The position numbers and the translations under genes were made by a program. A stretch of 64,000 nt of DNA from Octopus sinensis (taxonomy: Eukaryota). The notes beneath the pieces are model-generated. The model did not search any database and was not told the DNA's origin. It worked only from the letters and a program-made list of their open reading frames with translations. The stretch spans positions 8,060,001 to 8,124,000 of the forward strand of contig NC_043017.1 in the NCBI RefSeq assembly GCF_006345805.1. The letters run 5' to 3'. Below, in pieces: positions 42,525 to 56,285 of this stretch. The stretch's first letter is position 1. Each line of letters opens with the position of its first letter.

Positions 42525-44071
42525 GTGATTACAAAGTGATACTCATTTCTTGCCATGTTTGCTCAATAGAAATATATATGTTATGTTAAAGATGAGTTTG
42601 ACTGTCTAAAGTAGCTTACAGAGTTCTTATAATCCATATCTTTCCCTTAACCTATCATTAGTGTGTAGCTGAAACACAAGATGCACTAGAAGAACAGCAG
42701 AGAATATCTGATGCTTTGGAGAAGGAACTTCAAATGAAAGAGGAACAGGAAAAAGATCTGCAGAACCAAATAACAGAAACAGAACTGGATTTGAAAGACT
42801 TGAAGCAGACAATCGAAGAAACAGAACGAAGAGCACAGGTTTGTAAAGATTAACATTAGTTATCAATACCAAGTTTTAACCACCAAATTATTTAACAGCA
42901 CAAATGATTATATAAGAAATGCAAGGCATACATTTTCAATATGTATCAAAAAGTAACCATGTTCTTTCTTCCATTGTAGGCAGAAATTCAATCAATTGAA
43001 CAACAGTTAATTGCAGAAAAAGAAAATACCCTTGTGTCTGCTAAGAAAGCTATACTTGATATTGAAAAAGACAGAAATGTCCAGCATATAATGTCAGAAC
43101 TAGAAAAATCAAAGGTTGGAATTTTCTTAAGTAATTTCACAAACTTGTCATATTTCTCCAAATAACAACTAACCTTTTCAGCACTGTATATAATCTTAGC
43201 CGAATTTCGTAGCAGTTTATCCACCACATACAATTTTAGTCAAATTAACCTGCAGGTTACCATATGTGACTATAAGTAAGGAAATGATTTCATCATTTAT
43301 TTTACTTAGAGATCCTTACTCTCACTTGCTTGATAACTTTTGATCAGAAGTATCCATCATTAATTTGTTATCAGTCCTATTAACTCTGGGGCAGGGGACT
43401 AAATAAAAGGTTACCACTAGAACTGAATATGTGTGGAAGACACAGATCACTAAGCACTCAACACCTATATCATGTGCTCACCACACACATACACACCTGA
43501 TAATTGGTGAATAGCTTGTTACAATATCAGACTTCAGGTATTTATTATAGTTCCCAAAGTAAAACAAACTTTTGTAATTTATTCCCTACTATGTCTCTCT
43601 CTTTTTTAGATGTTGAACAGTGTATTAAAAGACAAACTGGATGAGAATAAGAAGAAATTTGACCGATGTTACAATGACTTTATACTGCCTGCAGACTTAA
43701 AGAAGAAAATGAAAAGTCTGTCTCACAGCTTGAAAACAGGAAAGGTAACTGATGTTTTGATATATTTGTTGAAAGAGTTATCAAAAGTAAAATTTACTCT
43801 TAGTTACACTCATTCAACACCTGCTATAAAAATCTACATTTCAGTAATACCAAAACACTATCACTTCTTGTCCACACACACACTCACAATACACATTATG
43901 TGCACACACACATCTTGTATTGAAACAACTATGCAAAGGGTATGAGTGTTCCACCTCATCTCAACTCATCATTGTAAATTTAAATATATACCACTTTTTA
44001 TTTGGCTTCACACTGCTTACGGGGGCACACACAAACACATATATACAAGCCTATGCCCAGTCATACAGTGA

Positions 44072-44135
<64 letters not shown>

Positions 44136-47100
44136 TGCTCACTACAGTCACATTATACACAATACACATATTAATATACTTACAGTATATGTAATGCATA
44201 TAAATGTATTCACAGTCATTTCTTATTCAAACAACTCTAGATACAATCCTACTAAGTGGCACCTAGGTGAAGTGTCTTCTACTGCAGTTTCATGTTTACT
44301 AATACTTTGTGAATGGAATTTTGTAAACAGAAATTATGTGAAAGACCATCCTAAGTGTGTAAACATGTGTGTGTAAGTGTGTGTGTGTGTACATACATAT
44401 ATACATGCATATATGCACACACGCACACACACATGTGTGGGTGTAGAGAGAGAGGGGGGAGTGTGTAAGACAAAATGTCTTGCAGCATTTCTCTGGTTCT
44501 TTACATTCTGAGTTCAAAGCCAGTGAGGTCAATTTTGCCTTTCATCCTTCTGGGATCAATAAAATAAAGTGCTAGCCAAGTAATGGAGCCAATATAATCA
44601 ACAGTTTTATTCTTCAAAAGTTTCTGGCCTTGTCCCTATATTAGGAATCATACGTGCGTTTGTGAGTCTGCATATATATGAGTTGTTGTGTATATATGTG
44701 TCTTGAGTTACATCCCTTAATATTCAATTGTGAGTGATAATATAACTACCTAACTGAAATAACCAATGAAGTTGATATAATGAATTAAACCCTTGATAGC
44801 AGTAGCAGCAAGGCTGCAGTTTAATGAGTGAAATTAGTAAAAGAAGAAGAAAGTAAAGTTGGAATGTGCAAGGGATGGAGTACTTGTGCATGTGCACATG
44901 CTTACATACACAACACACTCATAAAATAGACATATACTTACATATATATGCATTACACAGGCAAAAACTTAGAAAATTCATACACAATAATTTACAGTAC
45001 ATGAATATTATGCACACAGTACACTCACTCACAAAATGTACTGACAACTTGCATACAACACACAAAAAACACACATCCACCCACACAATGCACACATTGA
45101 GTAGTGTCTTTTCATCTCTGCTCTTATCTTCTTTGAACAGCATGTCATTGAGCCAGAGGATAACAAAGACTTTGTCGGACAAATCTTTCAAGACTTACAG
45201 AAAGGATTGCAAGATAAAATGAACCAAATGAAGAAAGAACTAGATGAAAGAAAAGAGAATGAAAGAAAGGTTGAGTAAAATTCAATCAATTTTTTCTTAC
45301 AATTTATTTTTGACAATATTTAGATGTTCAGAGAAGGAAGTAAGAGAGGATATTTAACAATGGGGAAACTTCACTTTGAGATTATCTCAAGCTAAAAATT
45401 ATATCAATTATTCTAGGTAGCAGATTTAATAATTTACTGCACAAGATTATTTGCTAGACTGGCTATGGTGGTTGCAGCATGCATGGTAATTTATTACTCA
45501 GTTTGAAAAAATTCAAAATGAACAATAGTGAAGTAACCTAGTTTTAATAACACTTTCTAGCAGTGAGAGTATGTTGTAGCCAGAGAATGAACTATTTCAG
45601 CCATAATATCAATAAGAAATGTCTATCAGCTGCTAATGTGTTAAGTCTGCAATCTGGGTTTAAATCATAGTTGTAGCAACTTATACTGTTAATTACTTTG
45701 AGAAATGCATTAATATCATATTTTCATTCCTTGTAAATCTGAGGTATTTTGCCTCTATAAGAAATCAATACTAATGACATATATTTAATATGGTTCATCT
45801 CTGAGTTATGGTTCTCATAACTAAGCTGTGTCCTAATTTAGCTAAATGACCTGCAAAAGTTTGCAACACACAGTCAAAAATCTAAGTTTACATATATTGA
45901 GTTAATGCAGGTTAATGAAATTTCCACCATTTATGAAGTTTTTTGTAATAAATTCAACACAACAATCAGAATTACATAATAACGAACAGAAGAAATTTTA
46001 AATGGAAATAAGTTGAAATTCAAATTGCAAAAATTTACAACACATTTGTGCAATCAAATCAATATTTAATTGCATAACCCTAGTTGATGATAAGAGCTTG
46101 CAGGTGCTTTGAATAGTCTCCTAAATACTTTTTACATGAGGTAGGGCTTATTTTCCTTCATTCCTTTACACAAATTCTTTTCAATTCTTTTAAGTTCCGC
46201 AGGTTTCTTTTTTGAACTCTTAGTTTCTATTCTTTCCACAAATTTTCAATTGGATTAAGGTCTGGAGATTGACTTAGCCATTTCAGAATATTAATCCCAT
46301 TTATTTTCAGCCAACTCTTAGTCAGCTTTGCTATGTGCTTTGAATTGTCATCCTGTGGAAAGGCCCATCCTTGTTCCAAGCTAGGTATTAAACATCTCTC
46401 TAAAATTCCCCTATATTTTTCATCATCCATTGCTCCTTCGATTAGTTCCATTCTTCCAACACCTGAAGAGCAAAAACAAACCCATACCATTACTGATCTG
46501 CCTCTGAATTTGACTGTAGGAATAGTATTCTTTGATGCGTATTCTGTGTCATTCTTTCTCCAAACCTTGCTGAGTGAATTTCTGCTGGAAAGCTCAATCT
46601 TAGTTTCAACAGACCTATGTTTTCCCAATATGTTGCCAGTTCATTTTGATGTGTTTTTTCAAAGGCCAAATGAGCTTTAATGTGATGTTTCTTAACAACA
46701 ACAACTGATAATATAACTTCCAAGCAAGACAGAGCTAAACTACATGACAAATTCTGTTTTCAGGCAAAGGAACAGAATCGAGCATTAAATGAAAAACTGA
46801 AAGAAATGAATAAACTACTGATGGAAAAGAAGACACATGATCTGAAACAGGTTAGTGACATGTATTTTTTAAACTTTTCCTGTTATTGTTGTTGTCATTA
46901 TAAGTTTATGTTTCAATAAAGAATTGAGCCTTGATGAGTTTATAAGTGGTTTTGTTTCTCCATGAGTCCCATATAGCTTAACTACCAACTGGGCATTCAT
47001 AGCCCTCTCCACTTCTTTTTATTTCCTATAAATCTTTTACAGTCCACAGCTTCTGTCAGCGTAATGTACTAACAATGACCTATATATTTTAACTATTAAT

Positions 47101-50100
47101 ATTGTTATCACAGACTTAATACTTTCCACTGCTTGGAATTTCTAAGGGTTTTGCTTATATTTCACTGCAATAGTCATTGTATATTACAAATTCTTTCAGC
47201 AACAACTGATGATTTCTTTTCCTTTTAATTTCTTTTTGTCTCCCATTTTAAACACACATATATATTTATATCCTCTCAGTTTGAATTTTGAATTGTTGGT
47301 AAATTGCCTGTTGAATATAGCTGCATATAATTTAATGACTAATACAGTAATAAACATAAGAAATGATGTTAGACACAGTTCTCAAATAATGAAATTTTTA
47401 GATGTGAATGTCATTATTATGATAATATCATTGCATACTTTTTATAGCTTACATATGATTGCATCTTATTAAGATGATAACTAGTTTAATGTAATGGTAT
47501 CACCTGACAGTTAAATAAAACTTTCCACTTAAAGGATCACATAGGACTACAACTGTAACCGGATAAAGCTGTACAATGCTACACATTGATAAAAATTTGT
47601 ACTACCAAAGTACAGTAGTTTGAGATACAAAACAGACATTCAAGCAATCCACCAAACAAGCAGACAAATAACCAAAAGAGTAGCATCTAACAATTTGGTG
47701 ATTATATATTAGCTGAAAGAATAATGGTACGGGTATTCAAAAATGAGCTATCAATATACTTTGATTGTAATCAATTGATTAAGAAGACAAAAAAATATTT
47801 CAACGCTAAATATTAATAATGGTACACAATCACTGAGATATAATTAGATAACCAAAGCAACATTCTTCACCTCCCTCAACTGTCTCCCAGAACATTCCTG
47901 TAATAAGGAAATCAAAGGTAGGCTAGACAAAGGCGGTAAGAGTTTATCATTTGTTCCCTTTTTGAGAACATTCATGAATGAGATGACAAAGCATTTATAT
48001 TACATGTTTCTGACAAAACGGACACATCAAAAGAATTTTTTATAACTACTTTTCATAATCATCAAATATATTTTTATTTACAAAGTACCAATCAAACACT
48101 AGGGTCAAGTTATATTTCTAGCAAGAATGGAATTATATAATAAAAGACAAAATAACATTTGATCATGAACAGTGTTACATAAGTTATAAGATGACAATTG
48201 TAGAAAAATCAAACATTTCATGAAGCAACAAGAGAATCAATATGAAACAGTAGTCAAATCTCCCACCAAACATAGCATACTGCCATATTTATTATTTTTT
48301 AATTGTTTTTTAATTATTTTTTTTACAAAATAGTCTGTCAATTCTTACCTCTTTCTGCTTTGGTTTATCTTCATCATCTGAGGACTCCTCTTTCCTCTTA
48401 TCCTTACACAAGACTTATGCCTGAGATGGCCCAATTTTGCATTAGCAACTGTATACTGATTTAAAAAATTTTACTTTTATACCAGTGAATACAGTTTTTT
48501 CCAACACTGATACTTACCAGTTTTCTTAGATTACATTTTTGAAAAAAATTTGTCATATGTATGTAAAGTTAATAAGTTACCTTTTCAAGCCATACCAACT
48601 CATAAGAGCTGGTCCCAGTTTCATATATTCCCCAACAGGATGGGACACCAGTCCATTGCAGGATTACTCATTTTTGCCAGCTGAGTGGACTGGAGCAACA
48701 TGAAATCAAGAGCACAACGCATCGCCTGGTCCTGGAATCAGAACCAATCTTACACTCATGAGTCCAACACCCTAACCACTAAACCATGCACCTCCACCCT
48801 CGTGTATGTATGCATGAATGTATGTATGTATGTATGTATGTATGTATGTATGTATGTCATCATCATCATCGTTTAATGTCCGCTTTCCATGCTAGCATGG
48901 GTTGGACGATTTGACTGAGGTTTGGCAAACCAGATGGCTGCACCAGACTCCAATCTGATCTGGCAGAGTTTCTACAGCTGGATGCCCTTCCTAATGCCAA
49001 CCACTCTGAGAGTGTAGTGGGTGCTTTTATGTCCCACCGGCACGAGGGCCAGTCAGGCGGTACTGGCAAAGGCCACGCTCAAATGGTGCTTTTTATGTGC
49101 CACCTGCACAGGAGCCAGTCCAGTGGTACTGACAACAACCTCGCTCAAATGCTTTTTCATGTGCCACCAGCACAAGTGTCAGTGAGGCGACACAGGTAAC
49201 GATCACGCTCGAATGGTATCTTTTACGTGCCACCGGCACGAAGGCCAGCTTCTTGCTCTGGCAACGATCACGCTCATATGGTACTCCTAGCGCTCCACTA
49301 GCGTGGATGCCAGTCATCGAATTTGATTGCGATTTCGATTGTATGTGGATATATATGTATGTATATATGTGTGTATATATGTGCGTATATATGTGTGTAT
49401 ATGTGTGTGTGTGTGTGCGAAACTAGAAGGGGGAGAAACTAGAAGTAGTTGATAGTTTCCACTACCTAGGTGACCAAGTTAGTAGTGGAGGTGGATGCTC
49501 AGAGAGTGTCACCACTAGAATACGAATAACCTGGGCAAAGTTTAGAAAGCTTCTACCCCTACTAGTGACAAAAGGTCTCTTGCTCAGAGTGAAAGGTAAA
49601 TTGTATGACGCATGTGTGCAAACTGCCATGCTTCACAGTAGTGAAACATGGGCTGTGGCTGCAGAGAACATGCGTAGGCTTGAAAGAAATGAAGTTAGCA
49701 TGATCTGTTGGATTTGTAATGTCAGTGTGCACCCACAGCAGAGTGTAAGCGCCCTGATAGAAATGCTGGACATAAGAAGCATTGGATGTGGTGGGCAAGA
49801 GAGACGTTTGCGCTGGTATGGTCATGTACTACAGATGGATGAGGAGAGATGTGTGAAGAAGTGCCACTCCCGAACAGTTGAAGGAATCCGGGGTAGAGGT
49901 AGACCCAGGAAGACATGGGATGTGGTGGTCAATCATGACCTTCAAACATTGGGCTTCACAGAGGCAATGACAATTGAAACATCTGGAGATATGCTGTGAC
50001 TGCGAAGACCCGACAAATAACGTGAGTTCATGGCTGTTTCTTGCACCAGCTTCACATAGAAGCCCCAGCCCATCCAAAGTACCTTGGATCGCAGGACGGC

Positions 50101-50407
50101 CTGCTGTGCTTACCTTGGATTGTAGGGCGACCTGCTGTGCTTGAGGAGACCTGTTGAGTCAAGTGAGGATTGGGTACTTTTAAGTGGCCCCTGCACTAAC
50201 AGGGTCACCAAGTACTTGTAAGGCAAAAAAAGAAAGAAAAAGAAAACAACTCTTTTGAGAGGCAAGGGGGTATTGGAGGAGGTGATCTTGTGCCAGATGA
50301 TGAAAGATTATAGTGAGGCAGAGAGACAAAAACAGGTGTCTTGCTGTATATATACATACATATATATCAATATCTATTTATGTATGTATAGATAGATAGA
50401 TATAGAT

Positions 50408-50483
<76 letters not shown>

Positions 50484-53400
50484 ACGTATGTATGTATGTA
50501 TATATTTTTCATTGACGGATATCAGCAAGAAAAACCGATAAGTCAATAATTTGGAACGAAAATACCTTGTGTGATATTTGCTCCGACCAAATTTCACAGA
50601 CAATCCCTTGTCACACCTATCATCATGAAAAGCAGTGTATGAACAAAATTGATCCGTTCAAAATCTGTAACCAGCGACGATATCACTTCACAAAATGTAT
50701 GGCATAAAACAAAATATATTAAAATAACTTAAATAGTTAATGATTTTTAATTATAACTGGTTTCCTGTTAATCTTTAGGCTTGTTCAGTGAATTTTACTA
50801 ATTTTCTCCGAAATCTAGCTTAGCAGACGACAGTTTATTCGACCTCCTCTATGACTACACTGAAACGGGAAACATTATTTTAATTCGAAAGAAACGAACA
50901 AAAAAATATAATCTCACCTACCTGACCTTCTCGACAATGTTTATTTATCTTTTCTGTTTGTGTATGTGAAACTTTTTTTTGTCTGGAATCATTAACTTGC
51001 TGTAATTTAACCCAGCATTGCTTCCATCAGATCTTCTCCAAAACGAATCTGAAGAATAAATTAAACAAAATTGAACGAAATTGACCAATGAGAACACTTA
51101 ATTAATACCACGTGATACATTAAACCGATGATCTTCGTCAAAATACATATATTAAAAATTTATTATGGGTTCTTGTGTTCCTAATATGGTCAATATGGAA
51201 CACTTTTGTGTTCCTTATATGGTCATATTGTATATCGTTTTAGCTTTTCTTTTACTTCAAGCGCATGTATCTAAGATTATAAATGTCCTTCCTTTTGTTA
51301 AAAAAAATAAAAGACCAGCAGATTGTGATCTGAGGGAAAGTAAGCAGCTATTTCTAGCTGATAAGCCCTCCACAGCGAGTTGTCACTATTGCTCATTGAG
51401 TTAACAGTTTGTGTTGTTGATCTTTAACTTTGATTGAACATATTTAAACTGAGAAGAGTTTACAACTCTAAAAAGGAAACGTCTTTTTGTCAAAGACTTC
51501 AGTGTCTAATGCAGTACTTCTCATAGAAGGCGGGGTCTGTGATGATTGAAACGAGGGTTAATGGTGGGCAAATTATCATGTTTAATAAAAATTATGTTAG
51601 TTTTTAACTTCTAAACTTGTCTAACGACATGGCGAGGAAAGGAGGGCCAACATCGGAATAGCATATTACTATTTCATGGAGAAGGAAATGTGCACGAAAG
51701 TGGGCGGTCGTTTCTTTCCTTTCTTTTTAATACTTCTGTGTTTTATGCAATGGGAATCACCACTGTGAAAGGATTTTCTTCGTCCATTATTCTTCTTTAT
51801 CTTTGTTTTTAGGTTATTGCTCCTCCTTCAACGAGATGCCCTTTCCTTCCTTCATGAGATAGCTATTCCAAAATTCTGTCGAAAGAACGACGATTTGGAT
51901 ACAAACCCTTCTCATTAATAAAAAGGAAAAAGATGACTAAAAGTCTCGATTAATATTTAGAAGGCTGAGCCTGGTATTTTATCAGTTTAAGAACTGCTAG
52001 TCTAATACGTATTTTCCATAGTACGATTGGAAGAAAATTTGACTGCTATTGCTAGCAGGCCGAACAACCACATAAGAGCACCTGCATCTGTTTGATCGTG
52101 TTGGGGGTACTATAAAACCAATCTAGGTCTCGGACCCATCCCTGTAAGCTAGCAACACATTCGTTAATTACCTTTCTTTCGTGACGTGGCCAAGAAAGAA
52201 GTGCTGGGATTATTCCCAGCAAGAAGACATGGTCCAAATATTGGTTGCAAATTTTGGTACAAGGCAAGCAATTTCAAGGAAGGGTCAAGTCGATTACATC
52301 GACCCCGAATGGGTGAAAGGCAAAGTTGACCTCAGCGGCATTTGAACTCAGAACGTAAAGAAGGGTGAAATGCCGTTAAGTAACTTGCCCAACGTACTAA
52401 CGAGTCTGCGAGCTCGCAAGTATTAAAAAGAAAGTCGACTTCGTTCAAGACATCCATGAATGGATGCTGTTACTAGACTTACTTTTTTCTTAACCTTAGG
52501 TTAGCTGTAACTACGCTGTCTTTTTTATTTATTTATTTGGGGATTTGGAGTGACGGACGAGTTATAATGTATCTCGGAGTGCATTATCTAATATATTCGT
52601 TTGTTTGTAAAACTAAGATTGTGACATGAAATTTTCTGCTATTTCTAGCATGTCGATTGACCATGCAGAGGCTTGTTATTTGCTCGTTTTATGGCGTTCT
52701 TGCGAGCAAGTTGAAACGGCACTTTAATTTTGATTCGTAATTGAAAGTAATTTCGTTTTAGTTATGCTGATAGAAAAGAGTGAAAGTCTCGATATCCTAT
52801 TCCACTTCTAAAATTTACGAAATTTATGTAAGTGTAAAGAAAATGATTTTCAACTGGGGATATTAATGTCATCGCAGTTTCATGGCGGCCATTCATCAAT
52901 ATCTATAAATCTGAAATGCGAAAAGTTTGTTTGTTTGTCTGGTTTTGGCATTGGAACGGGTTAAAGGGCATTAGTTTATTTGTATTTTCAATTTGATTCG
53001 TGGTGAATTTTCCTACTTAGAAATAAAACAGACATTTTCCCCCCGCTTTGTGATCTCAAAATTAAAATGGAAATGTAGGCACTATTCTGCAATGTCGAAC
53101 CTGTTCAACTGGCACCTAAAACATTCATCTATTTTTACTTCCAAAAATTTCTTTGGATTCTTGTGTTCAACCGCGACGATTACGATTTTGCAAAATAAAT
53201 ATATTAATAAAAATCTTTTCAAAATTTAAATTCTACCCTCTCAATCACCACCACTTTTTGTTCACACCTTTTTCAAAATTACGATTCTGAAGAAAAAAAA
53301 TATTTTCCAAAATTTCACTTTTTTTTTTTTGTGATAACATTAAAAATTCTTTCATCTTTCATCTTTCATTAAGATAAAATATTTGACATTCCAAAAGAGA

Positions 53401-54209
53401 TATTTCTAACTAAACTATATATTATGGATCTAAGATGATTGGATTTTTTTATTATTGGTATGATGATGGAGAGCCTCATTAAGTTATAATAGGGATAATA
53501 AAACCAGAATTCAAATTTTTAAAAATACACCAAGAAAGTTTACAGTTTCTCTATTTTTCTCAATTGTAATAGCTAAGTTACAATTCTTTAAAAAATTAAG
53601 GGCTTTCTAAGTCTTTCTGATTCAAATAGAGAGTAGTTGGTATATACATATATATACGTACGTATATATGTATGTCATTATTCAGTTTAATTTCAAGATT
53701 TCTTGCCAATAGAGAAAGAATTGGTTTCTAATCTAGATCCAAGTCTTCTTCATTGGAGTTTCAACATCAACAGGGTATTTTTGTATGTATATGTGCAGAT
53801 TTGAATGTTTTGTTTTATTGTATTCTCGTGCATACAGTTGCATATCTAGACATTCTCATATATACTTAAATGATAAACTTCTGGAAAATTTTACAGATTT
53901 TTACATTCCAGTGATAGCTTGGATCTGTAGTCTTTGAATCAGCTTTCTCCTTTCTGGTTTTGAGAAGCCTAATTTCTCAAGATTGATATTTAGGCAGTGT
54001 GTTACATATCCCAGTACCCCAGTAAATATATGTATAAACCTGAACTTGTAATTTGTATGTATGTATGTTTGTTTGTATAAGTATGGTGATGCAAGCAAGA
54101 ATAATATAACTCAAAATATGAGTATATGTATATTTTTTTTATTAATATTTAACATATTTTATCAATATTTACTCTGTTACTTCTACTAAATATTGATACA
54201 CACACAGGC

Positions 54210-54275
<66 letters not shown>

Positions 54276-55308
54276 TATACTATATTAATTATATAGATAA
54301 ATAGACATCTGCAGGCGTAGCTGTGCAGTAAGAAGCTTGCTTCCCAACCACATGGCCCCAGGTTCAGTCTCACTGCATGGTACCTTTGGGCAAGTATCTT
54401 CTGCTGTAGCCTCAAGCTGACCAAAGCCTTGTGAGTGGATTTAATAAGACAGAAACTAAAAGAAAATATTTTGGCAAATTAAATTTAAATCTAACGGTTT
54501 TTGTGTGTTTTAAATGGCTTATAAACACCTTCCATGCTGCAACAAAAAAGAGCCTGTTATATGTATATATGTGTGTGTGTGTCATTGTGTCTTTGCATCT
54601 GTGTTTACGTCCCTGTAACATAGCAGTTCAGTAAAAGAAACTGATAAAGTAAGTGCCAGGCTTTAAAAAATAGGCACTGGGGTCAATTCATTTGACTAAA
54701 AAAAATTTTCCAATGCATTGCCCCAGCATAGCCATAGTCTAATAACTGTAACAAGTAAAAGTTGAAAAAGATATATATATGATGAGCTTCCACACTGTTT
54801 GCATGAACCAAATTCACTTACAAGGCATTAGCCAGCTCAAGGCTATAGTAGAAGACTAAGTGCCATGCAGTGGGACTGAACTCGAGTTGACGTTGCAAAG
54901 CAAGTTTCTTAACCACCCAACCATGCCTATGAGAAATTCTTTTGAAGAGATTCTTTTGGAAATCGTCTTATATTTTTTAACTTGATATTCGATATTAAAA
55001 TTCAATAAATCCTCTTTCACGCTATCAAGAAGTGAGTTATAAGCTGAGAGTTTATAAGATTTAACATTTTATAATCTAAAATCTTTTAAATTAATTTTCT
55101 TTTTATTGGATCTGTTATCGAAATGAAAGTTTCCTCCAACGCATTTTTCTTATCAAGAATTTAGTTTTCTGAATTAGCATCTCTAAGTCAAGACCGTTCC
55201 TGGATATTGGTATATCTTTTTGAAAGAAATCCCTAAATATTGCTTTTCCATTTTAAAGTGGTTTATATAGATCATGTTCGACTCACTTGCATATACACAT
55301 ATATGTGT

Positions 55309-55364
<56 letters not shown>

Positions 55365-56253
55365 TGGAAGGTTTGGAGATGATTTACAGGTATTATTTAT
55401 TAGAAGAAATGAGGTACTCAGAAGATCGGATGGTTTATATTTACAGATATTTATTTGTATATTACATTTTTTATATATCATATAACTTAGATCATGTATT
55501 AGCGCTTTTCCCATTCTAGTCGGGTTTTCAAATCAGAAAACCCCACTAGAATGGGAGAAAGCGCTAATACATGATCTAAGTTATATGATATATAAAAAAT
55601 GTAATATACAAATAAATATCTGTAAATATAAACCATCCGATCTTCTGAGTACCTCATTTCTTCTAATATATATATATATATATATGCATATATATATATA
55701 TATATGCATATATATATGTTTTATCAGAAAGTTATGAAGAAACAAAGTTGTAGGTACATGAATCTTCAGTTAATCTAACAGTTTTATTGACATAAAAACG
55801 AGCATCATATTTACGAACTATTGTGATATTTTTCTGTTAAATAAAAAGTGCAAAGTCTTTAGGTAAGAAATTTATCAATAGTCTCTTCCATTGTTTTTGA
55901 ATGGATGGCCATTTTCCATCTTTGATAAAACTCATTATTTTGCAACAATACTGACTGTGCTAGTAATATTATATTACAGCATACTATTTAATGGAAAAGC
56001 ACTTAAAAGCCTTGTCTCAATGACAGTTCTATCTGGCAATTTTCTAAACGACAATTATTCCCTTTGCGTCGCTGTTGTTACATTAATTGCAAGAGTCAGC
56101 CATTAATAATGCTGCTTAAAGCTACAGGTTGTTATTAATAAATATACTATCTAGAATGCCATAGTATTACAACGGATCATTTCCTGGTTAGGTTATACAT
56201 ATTAGAAATTCTCTTTAACTTTTTATTTATATGGATGATAGCTCTCTTCTCTT

Positions 56254-56285
<32 letters not shown>

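Noticed and set aside
47898-48348. Possible C/D snoRNA in the putative antisense intron (TGATGA at ~48059-64, minus strand)
   Set aside because: No CTGA D box at a suitable distance and no terminal stem.
51085-51114. CCAAT...CCACG resembling an ER-stress element
   Set aside because: The spacer is 18 nt rather than the required 9.
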